From Heptranchias perlo (taxonomy: Eukaryota), in contig NC_090326.1 in NCBI RefSeq assembly GCF_035084215.1, positions 24,862,001-24,926,000 on the forward strand: a DNA stretch of 64,000 nucleotides. The letters are read 5' to 3'. A program made the translations under genes and the position numbers. Below, piece by piece: positions 1 to 10,019 of this stretch (position 1 is the first letter of the stretch; each line of letters begins with the position of its first letter). The notes beneath the pieces are model-generated. The model saw only the letters and a program-made list of their open reading frames with translations. It was not told the origin of the DNA and did not search any database.

Positions 1-753
1 AATACCGGTGGCCGTTTGTTCAGTGGATGCACTCCAACCTTCTGGAACTTACTGCCCACTTCTCTCCATCTTGCCACCTCCCTCCCTCTTTTCAAGAACA
101 TCCTCAAAGCCCTTTTCTTCAATTGTGGCCTGATTCTTCCCCAATTCTCTACATTTTTGCCCCTGCTCAGCATGCATTGTCTTGTCCTCTTCATAATTTA
201 GAAGACTTTGAGATATCCTTATGCACATTAGGAGCGCTTTGGAAATTCAAGTTGTTTGTTTATCAATGAAATGTGTCACTAGTGTTTCCGTGCAGTAGAT
301 GCAGTTTCACTAATAAGTAATATACGTGGCTGTATTACTCATTGTTAATTAGATATTTCTTATAGGTTTGCAGTGTTTATGCCACAATCCTTTAATCCTT
401 CAGGATTAAATGCTCAAAGAGTTAAATTACGATGACAGGATGGCATAGTACCCAGAAGTAATTTCAAAACTATAATCTTTGGGCTTAGATGACAACCATA
501 AAACCTTCAAAGTTTTGCTTTGTTAATTGTGTTGTTGTCTGAATCCCTTTGGTTGCATTGTTAAAGAAAGAACTGGCATTTCTATAGCTGCTTTCACAAC
601 CTCAGGACGTCTCAAATCACTTCACAGCCAATTAATTAACTTTGAATTGTAATGGCCATTGTTACGTATACATTGTTACCAGGTGATTACTCATTGTTAT
701 TCTAAACAATTTTACAACACCAAGTTATAGTCCAACAATTTTATTTTTAATCC

Positions 754-788
754 CACAAGCTTTCGGGGGCTTTCCCCTTCCTCAGGCG
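754..788 (-). ncRNA. Minimal hammerhead ribozyme motif (left PLE arm)
   Basis: Exact reverse complement of 4235-4269. Confidence 0.8.
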
Positions 789-1011
789 GTGTGGAAATGA
801 CATTTTCGAATCCTTCGCATTTTAAGATCACAGAACAATGCCTGGTGATTACTGCCCGTTGCCAAGGCAATCACAGTGAGCAGACAGAAAGGTGTCACCT
901 AAAAAGGCCACCGAATATACAAACCCCCCAAAAAAAGAGAGAGAGAGAGATAAGGAAGACAGTCAATGACCCGTTATATTAAAAACAGATAACATTTGTT
1001 CACTGGTGGGG

Positions 1012-2553
1012 TTACGTGTAGCGTGACATGAACCCAAGATCCCGGTTGAGGCCGTCCTCATGGGTGCGGAACTTGGCTATCAATTTCTGCTCGACGATTT
1101 TGCGTTGTCGTGTGTCTCGAAGGCCGCCTTGGAGTATGCTTACCCGAAGGTCGGTGGCTGAATGTCCATGACTGCTGAAGTGTTCCCCGACAGGGAGGGA
1201 ACCCTCCTGTTTGGCGATTGTTGCGCGGTGTCCGTTCATCCGTTGTCGCAGCGTCTGCATGGTCTCGCCAATGTACCATGCTCTGGGGCATCCTTTCCTG
1301 CAACGTATGAGGTAGACAACGTTGGCCGAGTCACAGGAGTATGAACCGTGCACCTGGTGGGTGGTGTCCTCTCGTGTGATGGTGGTATCTGTGTCGATGA
1401 TCTGGCATGTTTTGCAGAGGTTACCGTGGCAGGGTTGTGTGGTGTCGTGGACGCTGTTCTCCTGAAGGCTGGGTAATTTGCTGCGAACGATGGTTTGTTT
1501 GAGGTTGGGTGGCTGTTCAAAGGCGAGTAGTGGAGGTGTGGGGATGGCCATAGCGAGGTGTTCGTCATCATTGATGACATGTTGAAGGCTGCGGAGAACA
1601 TGGCGTAGTTTCTCCGCTCCGGGGAAGTACTGGACGACGAAGGGTACTCTGTTGGTTGCGTCCCGTGTTAGTCTTCTGAGGAGGTCTACGCGATTTTTCG
1701 CTGTGGCCCGTCGGAACTGTCGATCGATGAGTCGAGCATCATATCCCGTTCTTACTAGGGCGTCTTTCAGCGTCTGTAGGTGTCCATCGCGTTCCTCCTC
1801 GTCTGAGCAGACCCTGTGTATTCGCAGGGCCTGTCCATAGGGGATGGCCTCTTTGACGTGGTTAGGGTGGAAGCTGGAAAAGTGGAGCATCGTGAGATTG
1901 TCCGTGGGCTTGCGGTAGAGTGAGGTGCTGAGGTGCCCGTCTTTGATGGAGATTCGTGTGTCCAAGAAAGAAACTGATTCTGAGGAGTAGTCCATGGTGA
2001 GCTTGATGGTGGGATGGAACTTGTTGATGTTATCGTGTAGTCTCTTTAGTGATTCCTCACCATGGGTCCATAGAAAGAAAATGTCGTCGATGTATCTGGT
2101 GTATAGTGTTGGTTGGAGGTCCTGTGCAGTGAAGAAGTCCTGCTCGAACTTGTGCATGAAAATGTTGGCGTATTGGGGTGCGAATTTGGTCCCCATGGCT
2201 GTTCCGTGTGTTTGGGTAAAGAACTGGTTATTGATGGTGAAGACATTGTGATCCAGGATGAAGCGGATGAGTTGTAGGATGGCGTCTGGAGATTGGCTGT
2301 TGTTGGTGTTGAGTATTGATGCTGTCGCAGCGATGCCGTCATCGTGGGGGATACTTGTGTAGAGTGCCGAGACGTCCATCGTGGTGAGAAGTGTTCCTGG
2401 TTCAACTGGTCCGTGGGTACTGAGTTTTTGTAGAAAGTCTGTAGTGTCGCGACAGAAGCTGGGGGTTCCCTGTACGATGGGTTTCAGGATGCCCTCAACG
2501 TATCCAGAGAGGTTCTCACACAGGGTTCCATTGCCTGATACGATAGGACGTCC
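1012..2553 (-). CDS. PLE (Neptune-like) RT + Cys linker + GIY-YIG endonuclease ORF, 5'-truncated, uninterrupted (left arm)
   Basis: RT motifs GRPIVS, MDVSALYTSIP, QTHGTAMG and RYIDDIF; linker CHGNLCKTC; endonuclease NVVYLIRC..WYIGET..RMNGH. The Cys-rich linker is characteristic of Neptune-group PLEs. Confidence 0.9.
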   Translation of the reverse strand, partial: GRPIVSGNGTLCENLSGYVEGILKPIVQGTPSFCRDTTDFLQKLSTHGPVEPGTLLTTMDVSALYTSIPHDDGIAATASILNTNNSQSPDAILQLIRFILDHNVFTINNQFFTQTHGTAMGTKFAPQYANIFMHKFEQDFFTAQDLQPTLYTRYIDDIFFLWTHGEESLKRLHDNINKFHPTIKLTMDYSSESVSFLDTRISIKDGHLSTSLYRKPTDNLTMLHFSSFHPNHVKEAIPYGQALRIHRVCSDEEERDGHLQTLKDALVRTGYDARLIDRQFRRATAKNRVDLLRRLTRDATNRVPFVVQYFPGAEKLRHVLRSLQHVINDDEHLAMAIPTPPLLAFEQPPNLKQTIVRSKLPSLQENSVHDTTQPCHGNLCKTCQIIDTDTTITREDTTHQVHGSYSCDSANVVYLIRCRKGCPRAWYIGETMQTLRQRMNGHRATIAKQEGSLPVGEHFSSHGHSATDLRVSILQGGLRDTRQRKIVEQKLIAKFRTHEDGLNRDLGFMSRYT

Positions 2554-2569
2554 GGTTCCATTGCCTGAT

Positions 2570-4003
2570 ACTACAGACTTTCTACAAAAACTCAGTACCC
2601 ACGGACCTGTTGAACCAGGAACACTTCTCACCACGATGGACGTCTCGGCACTCTACACCAGTATCCCCCACGATGACGGCATCGCTGCGACAGCATCAAT
2701 ACTCAACACCAACAACAGCCAATCTCCAGACGCCATCCTACAACTCATCCGCTTCATCCTGGATCACAATGTCTTCACCTTCGATAACCAGTTCTTTACC
2801 CAAACACACGGAACAGCCATGGGGACCAAATTCGCACCCCAATACGCCAACATTTTCATGCACAAGTTCGAGCAGGACTTCTTCACTGCACAGGACCTCC
2901 AACCAACACTATACACCAGATACATCGACGACATTTTCTTTCTATGGACCCATGGTGAGGAATCACTAAAGAGACTACACGATAACATCAACAAGTTCCA
3001 TCCCACCATCAAGCTCACCATGGACTACTCCTCAGAATCAGTTTCTTTCTTGGACACACGAATCTCCATCAAAGACGGGCACCTCAGCACCTCACTCTAC
3101 CGCAAGCCCACGGACAATCTCACAATGCTCCACTTTTCCAGCTTCCACCCTAACCACGTCAAAGAGGCCATCCCCTATGGACAGGCCCTGCGAATACACA
3201 GGGTCTGCTCAGACGAGGAGGAACGTGATGGACACTTACAGACGCTGAAAGACGCCCTAGTAAGAACGGGATATGATGCTCGACTCATCGATCGACAGTT
3301 CCGACGGGCCACAGCGAAAAATCGCGTAGACCTCCTCAGAAGACTAACACGGGACGCAACCAACAGAGTACCCTTTGTCGTCCAGTACTTCCCCGGAGCG
3401 GAGAAACTACGCCATGTTCTCCGCAGCCTTCAACATGTCATCAATGATGACGAACACCTCGCTATGGCCATCCCCACACCTCCACTACTCGCCTTCAAAC
3501 AGCCACCCAACCTCAAACAAACCATCGTTCGCAGCAAATTACCCAGCCTTCAGGAGAACAGCGTCCACGACACCACACAACCCTGCCACGGTAACCTCTG
3601 CAAGACATGCCAGATCATCGACACAGATACCACCATCACACGAGAGGACACCACCCACCAGGTGCACGGTTCATACTCCTGTGACTCGGCCAACGTTGTC
3701 TACCTCATACGTTGCAGGAAAGGATGCCCCAGAGCATGGTACATTGGCGAGACCATGCAGACGCTGCGACAACGGATGAACGGACACCGCGCAACAATCG
3801 CCAAACAGGAGGGTTCTCTTCCTGTCGGGGAACACTTCAGCAGTCATGGACATTCAGCCACCGACCTTCGGGTAAGCATACTCCAAGGCGGCCTTCGAGA
3901 CACACGACAACGCAAAATCGTCGAGCAGAAATTGATAGCCAAGTTCCGCACCCATGAGGACGGCCTCAACCGGGATCTTGGGTTCATGTCACACTACACG
4001 TAA
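2570..4003 (+). CDS. PLE (Neptune-like) RT + GIY-YIG ORF, 5'-truncated, uninterrupted (right arm)
   Basis: Same motifs as the left arm. It differs at only 4 residues (FTFDN/FTINN, FKQ/FEQ, SHY/SRY). The genuine element frame begins near TTDFLQKL. Confidence 0.9.
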   Translation, partial: TTDFLQKLSTHGPVEPGTLLTTMDVSALYTSIPHDDGIAATASILNTNNSQSPDAILQLIRFILDHNVFTFDNQFFTQTHGTAMGTKFAPQYANIFMHKFEQDFFTAQDLQPTLYTRYIDDIFFLWTHGEESLKRLHDNINKFHPTIKLTMDYSSESVSFLDTRISIKDGHLSTSLYRKPTDNLTMLHFSSFHPNHVKEAIPYGQALRIHRVCSDEEERDGHLQTLKDALVRTGYDARLIDRQFRRATAKNRVDLLRRLTRDATNRVPFVVQYFPGAEKLRHVLRSLQHVINDDEHLAMAIPTPPLLAFKQPPNLKQTIVRSKLPSLQENSVHDTTQPCHGNLCKTCQIIDTDTTITREDTTHQVHGSYSCDSANVVYLIRCRKGCPRAWYIGETMQTLRQRMNGHRATIAKQEGSLPVGEHFSSHGHSATDLRVSILQGGLRDTRQRKIVEQKLIAKFRTHEDGLNRDLGFMSHYT

Positions 4004-4234
4004 CCCCACCAGTGAACAAATGTTATCTGTTTTTAATATAACGGGTCATTGACTGTCTTCCTTATCTCTCTCTCTCTCTCTCTCTCTTTTTTTGGGGGGT
4101 TTGTATATTCGGTGGCCTTTTTAGGTGACACCTTTCTGTCTGCTCACTGTGATTGCCTTGGCAACGGGCAGTAATCACCAGGCATTGTTCTGTGATCTTA
4201 AAATGCGAAGGATTCGAAAATGTCATTTCCACAC

Positions 4235-4269
4235 CGCCTGAGGAAGGGGAAAGCCCCCGAAAGCTTGTG
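4235..4269 (+). ncRNA. Minimal type I hammerhead ribozyme motif in PLE 3' region
   Basis: CGC-CUGAGGA-A-GGGG(AAAGC)CCCC-GAAA-GCUU-GUG: conserved core, stem II, short stem I, and a palindromic AAGCUU in place of stem III as in PLE minimal hammerheads. Confidence 0.8.
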
Positions 4270-4380
4270 GGATTAAAAATAAAATTGTTTACAATTGTCA
4301 ACCCCAGTCCATCACCGGCATCTCCACATCATTGTTATTCTAGTCATTCTTTCCCAGGACCTAAAGTTGTGAAACTACTC

Positions 4381-4765
4381 GGCCTAGAAATTTGACCACG
4401 CAGTGCCGTTTTTTTCAGGCACTAAACGGCCTCCTAAGCCGCCAATATGGCATGCAGGAAGCGCACGCTCATTACCAGCTGGAAGTGCATGCCCACCATA
4501 TTGGTGTAGGCAAAAAAAAATTGGCGTGCAGCGCCCACGCCTGAAACAGGTGTTAGGCCCTTTGCATATTCAAATAAGGGGCCTAACATTTGTTTGAAGC
4601 CCCCTCTGCAATGTTGGGTTGTCCTGAACGCAGCCAGCTCTGGGCTGGTTAGGTTCAGGAAAACCAGGTCTACATGCGGCCTAACAGGCAGTCCTGAAAG
4701 TGACTGTTGCAGGGCACAATCAACAAGGTAAGTGTTTAAAATATACTTACCTGAATATGGAGCCT
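4381..4765 (+). mobile_element. Probable Harbinger-like MITE fragment
   Basis: Starts GGCCTAGAAATT, resembling the other TIRs; GC-rich with internal inverted motifs; right end not found. Confidence 0.4.
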
Positions 4766-4767
4766 TT

Positions 4768-5254
4768 CAGGGGCTACAGTGCCGATTCACTAGGATGGTG
4801 CCGATCGTAAAAGGTTAAATTATAAGTACAGGGTGCATTAACTTGGTTTGTATTCCCTTGAGTTTAGAAGATTGAGAAGTGATGTGATTGAGGTGTTTAA
4901 GATGATAAAGGGATTAGGTAGAGTAGATATAGAGAAACTATTTCCTGTAATGGGGAATCAAGATCAAGGAGACATAATCTTAAAATTGGAACTAGGCCAT
5001 TTAGGAGGGAAATCAGAAAGCACTTTTTCACACATGGGGTAGTAGAAATCTGGAATTCTCTCCCCTCAAAAGTCTGTGGATGCTGGGGGACAATTGGCGC
5101 TTTCGATAGATTTGATAGGTTTTTGTTGGGTAAGGTTATCAAGGGATATGGAGCAAAGGCGAGTAAATGGTGTTGAGGTACAGATCAGTCATGATCAAAC
5201 TGAATGGCGGTACAGGCTCGAAAGGCTGAATGGCCTACTCCTCTTCCTGTGTTC
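4768..5254 (+). mobile_element. CR1 (HER1-like) LINE 3' fragment
   Basis: YSLEFRRLRSDVIEVFKMIKG; 3' tail ggctgaatggcctactcct..gttc. Confidence 0.85.
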
Positions 5255-7424
5255 AACCATAAAGTGTAGGTCTAGAGTCACATTTAGCCTGGACTGGGTA
5301 GAGGGTGACCGGTTGAGTTTCTACAACTATCCAGCAGCTTTCATTGTTATTTTCCTAATGCCAGTGTCTAAATTACCAGATTTAATGAATTTCATTTCAC
5401 AATGCCATGTTGGAATTTGTACTCATGAGCTCTTGGTTGCGAGGTCATTGCCATAACTGCTACACTCCCGCACCAGCCGTTCAAATTTCCTCATTTGATA
5501 TATGGTGATCGTTGGATCATAATGTATGAGTGACTTGCATTTATACAGCGCCTTTCATAACCTCAGGACGTCCCAAAGTGCTTTACAGCCAATGAATTAC
5601 TTTTGAAGTGTGGTCACTGTTGTAATGTAGGAAATGCAGATCATGCATTAAAGCCGTGGGCTGTCACCAGCGTCAGACCTGAGACTTGACAATTGGTTTT
5701 AGCTGGATTCTGTTGTTGTGCCACACAGCCTAAAATAAGATGAGTTAAGTGCTATAATTGATGTAGAGTGGAATTGTTGATAATAGCAGAGGCATACAGG
5801 GATAAGATGCAGTTTTGGGGCTGCTAAATACAGCTTGAAATTTGAACAGCAGGAGCGTCATAAATACTATGTGGTTCACCTGAACCAGGCACTGCAATTC
5901 GAATGGTGCCATGTGATGGCTTGAGTAGTGAATGAGTTAAAAGGAAATCACTTCACAATATATTTGCTGCTGTCGTTTTGCATTGATTCGTATACAACAA
6001 TTGGCAGCTGTGCTGTCCTGATCTGTAACATTTTTCATTGCTAATTTAAATATATATTGAATATTCTGATGCCCTTTGTTGCAGGCTCTCACAAACATGA
6101 CATGTGGTGGTTGATTAGAGCATAAATCGCTGTGCCTGGAATGGGAATGCATTGTGTACGGGCCAATTTAAAGTGCAAGGCTTGGAGGGGGGCGGGAGGG
6201 GGATGGGGGGGGAGTAGAAAGTGAATTTCAAAGTGAAATATTGCAGCGGCTTCCAGACATCAATCAACTCCTGCACTTGTCGTGTGCTGTGACCTTGTGG
6301 AAACCAGTCGTGGGACTGCCTGTGACAGCTAGGGGTGCTCTCTCTTCGGGGGGTCATGGTATCTATCGCTGTACATGAATGAGATTTGATGGTTCCAACT
6401 AAGCTTAAAGCAAGCCAGAATGGCAGTCAATGTATACCCCCTGGTTACATCTACATCTCATTCCGAGACTTGGAACTCATACCACTGACAACATTGTTGT
6501 TTTATGATTCGCTGTCCAAATGTGCACAGATTTGGTGCCAGGAATATATGTAACTGAGGAAATTTGATATCTGTTCAGCTGTAAGGTTAGAATGCAATGC
6601 TGTTGAGCTCTCTCGTACTGTGTTCGTACAGCGATACAGAGTTTTGAAATCTTAAATCTTCTGTGTGACTCTTTGAGAGATTGAAGGACTTTTTTAAAAA
6701 GCTTTCAACATAGGGTGAGAGGCTCTCTTCTTAAGATATTTACTTCTCTCGTCTCCTCTTACTTGCTGCATCCGCACATATCAGTGGGCCACTTTCTGCA
6801 ATGCTGCACTGAAAAAGGCTGTTAGGAGATGCACACTCATGGCTCAGGGTTGCACTCCGCACGATTGCGGTGCTGGTCTGTTCCTTTTCTCTGTCCCCCC
6901 TGCCTCCCTTCCCATTTGTGTGGAAGAACTTTACTTAGCGTTTTCTTAAAATAGCAAAGCTGTGTGATTGGGATCTTGATGTGTTCAGGTTCATGGGCAT
7001 GAAGTCACCTTAAAACAGCTCTGTAATTCTGGCCAGCAGGTGTTACCCAGTGAGTCTAGAACCCAAGCTGTAATACAAGAAGCCTTACATACGATAATCA
7101 TGTGCTCGGAACAGACAAGAGGGTTTACCTGCAGTGCAGGTGATGTCAACACATTGGTGTGGACCTATTCCACACCATTCCGTGGCACAGCAGGTTGGAT
7201 CTCTGATGTGTCATTGTGTAGTTTATCCACAATGTATTAACCATGCGCACTATCTCTGAAAAGGAATTGAACTGTGGTTTTTCCGAAGCAGGCACGAAGC
7301 AGGCCTGCAGTGTGTTGGTGCCGACTTCTCTTGCCTGCCATCAACCATTGCATACCCGTTCTAACTAAAGTAGTGGAGCATTTTGTAAGTGTCATTCTCA
7401 TTGCAAATAATAATACCAGTGGAA

Positions 7425-7735
7425 ACATTTTGTGGGGGAGTCCAAAACTAGGGGCCATAAATACAAGGTGGCCACCAATAAATCCAATAAGGAATTCAAG
7501 AGAAACTTCTTTACGCGGAGAGTGGTTAGAATGTGGAACTCGCTACCACATGATAGTTGAGGCGAATAAGATAGATGCCTTCAAGGGGAATCTCGATAAG
7601 TACATGAAGGAGAAGGGAACAGAAGGATATGTTGACTGGGCGAGATGAAGTAAGGTGGGAGGAGGCTCGAGTGGAGCATGAACACCTGTTGGACCAAATG
7701 GCCTGTTCCTGTGCTGTAAAATTCTATGTAATCTA
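7425..7735 (+). mobile_element. CR1 LINE 3' fragment
   Basis: TRGHKYK..MWNSLP-type C-terminus and ccaaatggcctgtt..ttctatg tail. Confidence 0.8.
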
Positions 7736-7749
7736 CGTAACCTTGCACT

Positions 7750-8240
7750 TTCCGTAAACTTGAGCTCATCCAAAACTCTGCTGCCCGTAACCAAGTCCTG
7801 TTCACCCATCAGTCCTGTGCTCGCTGACCTACATTGGCTCCTGGTTCTGCAATGCCTCGATTTTAAGATTCTCATCCTTGTTTTCTAATCCCTCGATGGC
7901 CTCGGCCCCTCCCTATCTCTGTAACTTCCTATATCCCTCCGAGATCTCTGCGCTCCTCCAATTCTGACCTCTTGAGCATTACCGATTTTAATTGCTTCAC
8001 CATTGGCGGCCATGCCTTCAGCTGCCTAGGCCCAAAGCCCTGGAAATCCCTCCCTAAACCCCTCTACCTCTCTCCTCCTTTAAGTTGCTCCGTGAAACCT
8101 ACCTCTCTGACCAAGCATTTGGTCACCTGCCATAATGTCTCCTTATGTGGCTCGGTGTCAAATTTTGTGTGTTCACTCCAGAAGCGCCTTGGGATGTTTT
8201 ACTACGTTAAAGGTGCTATATAAATGCAAGTTGTTGTTGT
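7750..8240 (+). mobile_element. L2 LINE 3' fragment
   Basis: LHWL..FKILIL..GGHAFSCLGPKPWKSLP; tail atataaatgcaagttgttgttg. Confidence 0.85.
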
Positions 8241-8314
8241 ATAAAGCCATTGGTGCTGATTGCGCGTGGTGCGATTGACCATAACTTTCTTACCTCTGTT
8301 GGGATTCTTCCTAG

Positions 8315-8423
8315 ATCGTACTGGAGAACAGCAGTCGAGAAGACAAGCATGAGTGTCCATTTGGTCGGAGCAGCATCGAGCTCACCAGGATGCTGTGCGA
8401 AATCCTCAAAGTGGGAGAACTTC
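8315..8423 (+). CDS. ELMO1: ELMO1 internal coding exon (109 bp): [36 protein letters not shown](P)
   Basis: Pyrimidine-rich acceptor ttcttcctag|ATC and donor C|gtaagt. The translation matches vertebrate ELMO1 ELMO-domain sequence as recalled ([28 protein letters not shown]). It ends in phase 1, compatible with the next exon. Confidence 0.95.
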
Positions 8424-9211
8424 GTAAGTTTTTGTCTTGCTACTTCAAATACAGTCGCATAGGTTTAGTTAAAATATTGTGCAATGGACGACCCTCTGTC
8501 AGTAACCATTCTGTTTTTAAATAAAAAAATTTAAAGGAAATATGAATAAGTTTAACATTGATTTTGGTATCTGTTTCTGTCAATTTAATTTTTTTGGGGA
8601 GGGGTGGGGTTTGAATGTGAGACTGTGGCCCATTCTTGGGTTTCTGTTGCGCTGCACCACTTCTGATGGAGAGGACGGTGGCGATTGGCTCCAGGCCTCT
8701 ACTAGTGCTGCTACTCGGAGGTGCACAAATGCATCCAAGAACGACTCCTCCAGATTTTCCAGAAGCATCTGGTCTCTGCTTGGCACCATCCAAAATGGCA
8801 GCAATAGAAACTCTGCACGGGAGGACTCTCTCTAGTTGACGCCACATCCCACAGCTCCACCGTGCGTATACACACGCATGTGTGATCGCATGTACGCACA
8901 GTGCTGACAACACTAGTGGACACCCCTCCCTTCAGAGGCCTACTAAGCACGATGCGGCGAGGCAGCTGAAATCTGTGTTGCTAAAAAGAATGATGGATAA
9001 CAGAAGGGCTGCAGGTGTTTTTAGCAAGTGAAATCTGTTCATTGCTGCCCCCAACCCCTTCCCAATACCGTTTAATCACACAGATAGTGTCCAACCCCTC
9101 TGAGAACCTGATTCAGCTACTCTGAGAGGAGAGAAGCCTTTTAAGGACATATCAGTGTTAAATTTGGTCTAATCCTGTGCGCATCTTAAAAGTGTAAAAC
9201 TGGGGCAAAAT

Positions 9212-9341
9212 GCAAAATACTGCAGATGCTGGAAATCTGAAATAAAAACAGAAAATGCTGGAAATACTCAGCAAGTCATGCAGCATCTGTGGAGAAAGAA
9301 ACCGAGTTAACGTTTCAGGTGAATGACCTTTCGTCAGAACT
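9212..9341 (-). mobile_element. PLE terminal-repeat fragment of a second family, with hammerhead motif at 9305-9341
   Basis: Minus strand reads AGUU-CUGACGA-A-AGGU(CAUUC)ACCU-GAAA-CGUU-AACU. Homologous to 23581-23712 and 29891-30024. Confidence 0.75.
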
Positions 9342-9579
9342 GGGAGTTAGGTTGTCAGTTGCCCAGTTTACTTAACCTATTCAGGCGGAGGAAAGGATGC
9401 AGGATTTGTTCTGTCTGCCGGTAACTGTTGCTTTCACTTAATTGCTAAGATTTTTGTAAGTCTTAATCATACTTACTGATGGTTGATGAACAGCATCTCT
9501 TGGCAACTTAGACTCTGAGGGCAGAGGTCAATTTATTATAGGCAGGTTGACAAAACGGCTGGGAATGACTGAAAAAAAA

Positions 9580-9836
9580 ACATAGTAAAATGTCGCGAGG
9601 CGCTTCACAGGAGCGATTATCAAACAAAAATTGACACCGAGCCATATTAGGAGATATTAGGACAGGTGACCAAAAGTTTGGTCAAAGAGGTAGGTTTTAA
9701 GGAGGGTCTTAAAGGAGGAGAGAGAGGTAGAGAGGCGGAGAGGTTGAGGGAGGGAATTCCAGAGTTTAGGGCCTAGGCAGCTGACGGCATGGCCACCAAT
9801 GGTGGAGTGATGAAAATCGGCAAGAGGCCAGAATTG
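9580..9836 (-). mobile_element. L2 3' fragment
   Basis: Reverse complement of the L2 tail. Confidence 0.8.
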
Positions 9837-10019
9837 TTAACACAAATAGAGGACAGCAACAGTATAATCTTTGCCTTTTTTTTTGTAAATAGGTTAATGA
9901 GGCACTGTCCAGGCCAGCTTATTTTAATGATGTACCAAACCCTGTTGATATACAAAGCAGGGCAAATGTTAGTAGTAAGGTTTGCGTTTATAGTGAGACT
10001 GATAGACCATGTAAACATA

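Larger units (their letters stand above)
705..4328. mobile_element. Palindromic Penelope-like element insertion: two 5'-truncated copies joined at their truncated ends, 3' ends pointing outward
   Basis: Arms ~734-2445 and 2570-~4289 are reverse complements, about 99% identical by eye. The insertion is flanked by the direct repeat TCATTGTTATTCTA at 691-704 and 4329-4342. Confidence 0.95.

Noticed and set aside
2381-2634. N-termini of the two 540-aa ORFs as real protein starts
   Set aside because: They are antisense read-through of the opposite arm from non-ATG starts. The first ATG (2636) is at RT motif A, so neither copy encodes a complete RT.
705-4328. Palindrome as a sequencing or assembly fold-back artefact
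   Set aside because: The arms differ by substitutions, microsatellite length and a 29-nt indel, the flanks are unique, and a 14-bp TSD brackets it. Read-level confirmation is still advisable.
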